From: Eledone cirrhosa | Taxonomy: Eukaryota | Assembly: GCA_964016885.1 (NCBI GenBank) | Contig: OZ024745.1 | Coordinates: 7,688,001-7,752,000 of the forward strand | Reading direction: 5' to 3' | Length of the DNA: 64,000 bases | Shown: in pieces, positions 57,040-64,000 of the stretch | Layout: every line of letters begins with the position of its first letter | Position numbering within the stretch: position 1 is the stretch's first letter | Program-made: the position numbers and the translations under genes | Notes under the pieces: model-generated | Told to the model about the DNA's origin: nothing | What the model saw: only the letters and a program-made list of their open reading frames with translations | The model's database searches: none

Positions 57040-60000
57040 TATAATATAAACTATAACTATATTAACTATAACAGTAACTATAACAACAACAGTAACTATA
57101 GCAATAACAGTAACTATATTAACTATAACAGTAAATATAGCAATAAAAGTAACTATATTAACAATAACAGTAACTATAACAACAACAGTAACTATATTAA
57201 CAATAACAGTAACTATAGCAATAACAGTAACTATAGCAATAACAGTAATTATAGCAATAACAGTAACTATATTAACTATAACAGTAACTATAACAATAAC
57301 AGTAACTATAACAATAACAGTAACTATAGCAATAACAGTAACTATAGCAATAACAGTAACTATATTAACTATAACAGTAACTATAACAATAACAGTAACT
57401 ATAACAATAACAGTAACTATAGCAATAACAGTAACTATAACAATAACAGTAACTATAACAATAACAGAAACTATAACAATAACAGTAACTATAGCAATAA
57501 CAGTAACTATAACAATAACAGTAACTATAGCAATAACAGTAACTATATTAACAATAACAGTAACTATAACAATAACAGTAACTATAGCAATAACAGTAAC
57601 TATAACAATAACAGTAACTATAACAATAACAGAAACTATAACAATAACAGTAACTATAACAATAACAGTAACTATAACAATAACAGTAACTATAACAATA
57701 ACAGTAACTATATTAACAATAACAGTAACTATAACAATAACAGTAACTATAACAATAACAGTAACTATAGCAATAACAGTAACTATAACAATAACAGTAA
57801 CTATAACAATAACAGAAACTATAACAATAACAGTAACTATAGCAATAACAGTAACTATAACAATAACAGTAACTATAGCAATAACAGTAACTATATTAAC
57901 AATAACAGTAACTATAACAATAACAGTAACTATAGCAATAACAGTAACTATAACAATAACAGTAACTATAACAATAACAGAAACTATAACAATAACAGTA
58001 ACTATAACAATAACAGTAACTATAACAATAACAGTAACTATAACAATAACAGTAACTATAGCAATAACAGTAACTATAGCAATAACAGTAACTATAACAA
58101 TAACAGTAACTATAACAATAACAGTAACTATAGCAATAACAGTAACTATAACAATAACAGTAACTATAACAATAACAGTAACTATAGCAATAACAGTAAC
58201 TATAGCAATAACAGTAATTATAGCAATAACAGTAACTATATTAACTATAACAGTAACTATAACAATAACAGTAACTATAACAATAACAGTAACTATAGCA
58301 ATAACAGTAACTATAGCAATAACAGTAACTATAACAACAACAGTAACTATAACAATAACAGTAACTATAACAATAACAGTAACTATAACAACAACAGTAA
58401 CTATAACAACAACAGTAACTATAACAACAACAGAAACTATAACAATAACAGTAACTATAACAATAACAGTAACTATAGCAATAACAGTAACTATAGCAAT
58501 AACAGTAACTATAGCAATAACAGTAACTATAACAATAACAGTAACTATAACAATAACAGTAACTATAGCAATAACAGTAACTATAACAATAACAGTAACT
58601 ATAGCAATAACAGTAACTATAACAATAACAGTAACTATAACAATAACAGTAACTATAACAATAACAGTAACTATAGCAATAACAGTAACTATAACAATAA
58701 CAGTAACTATAACAATAACAGTAACTATAGCAATAACAGTAACTATAACAATAACAGTAACTATAACAATAACAGTAACTATAGCAATAACAGTAACTAT
58801 AGCAATAACAGTAATTATAGCAATAACAGTAACTATATTAACTATAACAGTAACTATAACAATAACAGTAACTATAGCAATAACAGTAACTATAGCAATA
58901 ACAGTAACTATAGCAATAACAGTAACTATAACAACAACAGTAACTATAACAATAACAGTAACTATAACAACAACAGTAACTATAACAATAACAGAAACTA
59001 TAACAACAACAGAAACTATAACAACAACAGTAACTATAACAACAACAGTAACTATAACAATAATAGAAACTATAACAATAACAGTAACTATAACAATAAC
59101 AGTAACTATAACAACAACAGTAACTATAACAACAACAGTAACTATAACAACAACAGTAACTATAGCAATAACAGTAACTATAACAATAACAGTAACTATA
59201 ACAACAACAGTAACTATAACAACAACAGTAACTATAACAACAACAGTAACTATAACAATAACAGTAACTATAACAATAACAGTAACTATAGCAATAACAG
59301 TAACTATAGCAATAACAGTAACTATAACAATAACAGTAACTATAACAACAACAGTAACTATAACAATAAAAGAAACTATAACAATAACAGTAAATATAAC
59401 AACAACAGTAACTATAACAACAACAGTAACTATAACAACAACAGAAACTATAACAACAACAGTAACTACAACAATAACAGTAACTATAACAACAACAGTA
59501 ACTATAACAACAACAGTAACTATAACAACAACAGTAACTATAACAATAACAGTAACTATAACAATAACAGTAACTATAACAACAACAGTAACTATAACAA
59601 CAACAGAAACTATAACAATAACAGTAACTATAACAATAACAGTAACTATAGCAATAACACTAACTATAGAAACAACAGTAACTATAACAATAACAGTAAC
59701 TATAGCAATAACAGAAACTATAACAACAACAGTAACTATAGCAATAACAGAAACTATAACAATAACAGTAACTACAACAATAACAGTAACTATAACAACA
59801 ACAGAAACTATAACAACAACAGTAACTATAACAATAACAGTAACTATAACAACAACAGGAACTATAACAATAACAGTAACTATAACAATAACAGTAACTA
59901 TAGCAATAACAGTAATTATAACAATAACAGTAACTATAACAACAACAGAAACTATAACAACAACAGTAACTATAACAATAACAGTAACTATAACAACAAC

Positions 60001-63000
60001 AGGAACTATAACAATAACAGTAACTATAACAATAACAGTAACTATAGCAATAACAGTAATTATAACAATAACAGTAACTATAAAAACAACAGAAACTATA
60101 ACAACAACAGTAACTATAACAATAACAGTAACTATAACAACAACAGTAACTATAACAATAACAGTAACTATAACAAAAACAGTAATTATAACAATAACAG
60201 TAACTATAACAATAACAGAAACTATAACAACAACAGTAACTATAACAACAACAGTAACTATAACAACAACAGAAACTATAACAACAACAGTAACTATAAC
60301 AATAACAGAAACTATAACAATAACAGTAACTATAACAACAACAGTAACTATAACAACAACAGTAACTATAACAACAACAGAAACTATAACAATAACAGTA
60401 ACTATAACAATAAGAGTAACTATAACAATAACAGTAACTATAACAACAACAGAAACTATAACAATAACAGTAACTATAGCAATAACAGTAACTATAACAA
60501 TAACAGTAACTATAACAATAACAGTAACTATAGCAATAACAGTAACTATAGCAATAACAGTAATTATAGCAATAACAGTAACTATAGCAATAACAGTAAC
60601 TATAACAACAACAGTAACTATAACAATAACAGTAACTATAACAATAACAGTAACTATAACAACAACAGTAACTATAACAACAACAGTAACTATAACAACA
60701 ACAGAAACTATAACAATAACAGTAACTATAACAATAACAGTAACTATAGCAATAACAGTAACTATAGCAATAACAGTAACTATAGCAATAACAGTAACTA
60801 TAACAATAACAGTAACTATAACAATAACAGTAACTATAGCAATAACAGTAACTATAACAATAACAGTAACTATAGCAATAACAGTAACTATAACAATAAC
60901 AGTAACTATAACAATAACAGTAACTATAGCAATAACAGTAACTATAACAATAACAGTAACTATAACAATAACAGTAACTATAGCAATAACAGTAACTATA
61001 ACAATAACAGTAACTATAGCAATAACAGTAACTATAGCAATAACAGTAACTATAACAATAACAGTAACTATAACAATAACAGTAACTATAGCAATAACAG
61101 TAACTATAACAATAACAGTAACTATAGCAATAACAGTAACTATAGCAATAACAGTAACTATAACAATAACAGTAACTATAACAATAACAGTAACTATAGC
61201 AATAACAGTAACTATAACAATAACAGTAACTATAACAATAACAGTAACTATAACAATAACAGTAACTATAGCAATAACAGTAACTATAACAATAACAGTA
61301 ACTATAACAATAACAGTAACTATAGCAATAACAGTAACTATAACAATAACAGTAACTATAACAATAACAGTAACTATAGCAATAACAGTAACTATAGCAA
61401 TAACAGTAATTATAGCAATAACAGTAACTATATTAACTATAACAGTAACTATAACAATAACAGTAACTATAGCAATAACAGTAACTATAGCAATAACAGT
61501 AACTATAGCAATAACAGTAACTATAACAACAACAGTAACTATAACAATAACAGTAACTATAACAACAACAGTAACTATAACAATAACAGAAACTATAACA
61601 ACAACAGAAACTATAACAACAACAGTAACTATAACAACAACAGTAACTATAACAATAATAGAAACTATAACAATAACAGTAACTATAACAATAACAGTAA
61701 CTATAACAACAACAGTAACTATAACAACAACAGTAACTATAACAACAACAGTAACTATAGCAATAACAGTAACTATAACAATAACAGTAACTATAACAAC
61801 AAGAGTAACTATAACAACAACAGTAACTATAACAACAACAGTAACTATAACAATAACAGTAACTATAACAATAACAGTAACTATAGCAATAACAGTAACT
61901 ATAGCAATAACAGTAACTATAACAATAACAGTAACTATAACAACAACAGTAACTATAACAATAAAAGAAACTATAACAATAACAGTAAATATAACAACAA
62001 CAGTAACTATAACAACAACAGTAACTATAACAACAACAGAAACTATAACAATAACAGTAACTACAACAATAACAGTAACTATAACAACAACAGTAACTAT
62101 AATAACAACAGTAACTATAACAACAACAGTAACTATAACAATAACAGTAACTATAACAATAACAGTAACTATAACAACAACAGTAACTATAACAACAACA
62201 GAAACTATAACAATAACAGTAACTATAACAATAACAGTAACTATAGCAATAACACTAACTATAGAAACAACAGTAACTATAACAATAACAGTAACTATAG
62301 CAATAACAGAAACTATAACAACAACAGTAACTATAGCAATAACAGAAACTATAACAATAACAGTAACTACAACAATAACAGTAACTATAACAACAACAGA
62401 AACTATAACAACAACAGTAACTATAACAATAACAGTAACTATAACAACAACAGGAACTATAACAATAACAGTAACTATAACAATAACAGTAACTATAGCA
62501 ATAACAGTAATTATAACAATAACAGTAACTATAACAACAACAGAAACTATAACAACAACAGTAACTATAACAATAACAGTAACTATAACAATAACAGTAA
62601 CTATAACAACAACAGTAACTATAACAATAACAGTAACTATAACAAAAACAGTAATTATAACAATAACAGTAACTATAACAATAACAGAAACTATAACAAC
62701 AACAGTAACTATAACAACAACAGTAACTATAACAACAACAGAAACTATAACAACAACAGTAACTATAACAATAACAGTAACTATAACAATAACAGAAACT
62801 ATAACAATAACAGTAACTATAACAACAACAGTAACTATAACAACAACAGTAACTATAACAATAACAGAAACTCTAACAATAACAGTAACTATAACAATAA
62901 CAGTAACTATAACAATAACAGTAACTATAACAACAACAGAAACTATAACAATAACAGTAACTATAGCAATAACAGTAACTATAACAACAACAGAAACTAT

Positions 63001-64000
63001 AACAATAACAGTAACTATAACAATAACAGTAACTATAACAATAACAGTAACTATAACAATAACAGTAACTATAATAATAACAGTAACTATAACAACAACA
63101 GAAACTATAACAACAACAGTAACTATAGCAATAACAGTAACTATAACAACAACAGAAACTATAACAACAACAGTAACTATAGCAATAACAGTAACTATAA
63201 CAATAACAGTAACTATAACAACAACAGTAACTATAACAACAACAGTAACTATAACAATAACAGTAACTATAACAACAGTAACTATAGCAATAACAGTAAC
63301 TATAACAATAACAGTAACTATAGCAATAACAGTAACTATAACAATAACAGTAACTATAACAACAACAGTAACTATAACAACAACAGTAACTATAACAACA
63401 ACAGTAACTATAACAACAACAGTAACTATAACAACAGTAACTATAGCAATAACAGTAACTATAACAATAACAGTAACTATAACAACAACAGAAACTATAA
63501 CAACAACAGTAACTATAACAATAACAGTAACTATAACAACAACAGTAACTATAACAATAACAGTAACTATAGCAATAACATTAACTATAACAATAACAGT
63601 AACTATAACAATAACAGTAACTATAACAATAACAGTAACTATAGCAATAACAGTAACTATAACAATAACAGTAACTATAACAATAACAGTAACTATAACA
63701 ATAACAGTAACTATAACAATAACAGTAACTATAACAATAACAGTAACTATAGCAATAACATTAACTATAACAATAACAGTAACTATAACAATAACAGTAA
63801 CTATAACAATAACAGTAACTATAGCAATAACAGTAACTATAACAATAACAGTAACTATAACAATAACAGTAACTATAACAATAACAGTAACTATAACAAT
63901 AACAGTAACTATAACAATAACAGTAACTATAACAATAACAGTAACTATAGCAATAACAGTAACTATAACAATAACAGTAACTATAACAATAACAGTAACT
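57040..64000. repeat. 18-bp satellite AACAATAACAGTAACTAT, about 385 copies, open at window end
   Basis: Seen directly; variants AGC/AAC/AGA; occasional 21-bp and 15-bp units; internal duplication with a 2595-bp offset. Confidence 0.98.

Noticed and set aside
57040-64000. Long stop-free frames (NNNSNY)n and (TITVTI)n, or a telomeric repeat
   Set aside because: No start codon; a consequence of the 18-mer. It does not contain TTAGGG-like motifs.

Overview
Eukaryotic, AT-rich, repeat-dominated DNA with no supportable intact protein-coding gene. The long ORFs in the track are reading-frame artefacts of tandem repeats. Layout: (1) 1-26760, about 990 copies of a 27-bp satellite with kb-scale internal duplications; (2) 27.3-34.8 kb, 15-bp, 60/61-bp and 36-bp tandem arrays; (3) 34.9-42.5 kb, interspersed repeats: a hAT-like MITE, two SINE-like families, and a degenerate Penelope-like retroelement interrupted by a SINE with a 19-bp TSD and followed by a possible hammerhead relic; (4) 42.5-52.6 kb, a 10-kb triplet domain in which (ACC)/(ACT) switches to its reverse complement (GGT) across a 110-bp unique island; (5) 52.6-57 kb, mostly unique DNA with two promoter-like motif clusters; (6) 57 kb to the end, an 18-bp satellite that grades out of an (AAC)n microsatellite. 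The SINEs and repeat landscape remind me of Octopus/coleoid genomes, which is recollection and unverified. I found no convincing new biological system. The best leads are the Penelope/SINE/hammerhead nest, the apparent kinship and hairpin cores of the satellites, and the inverted triplet domain.
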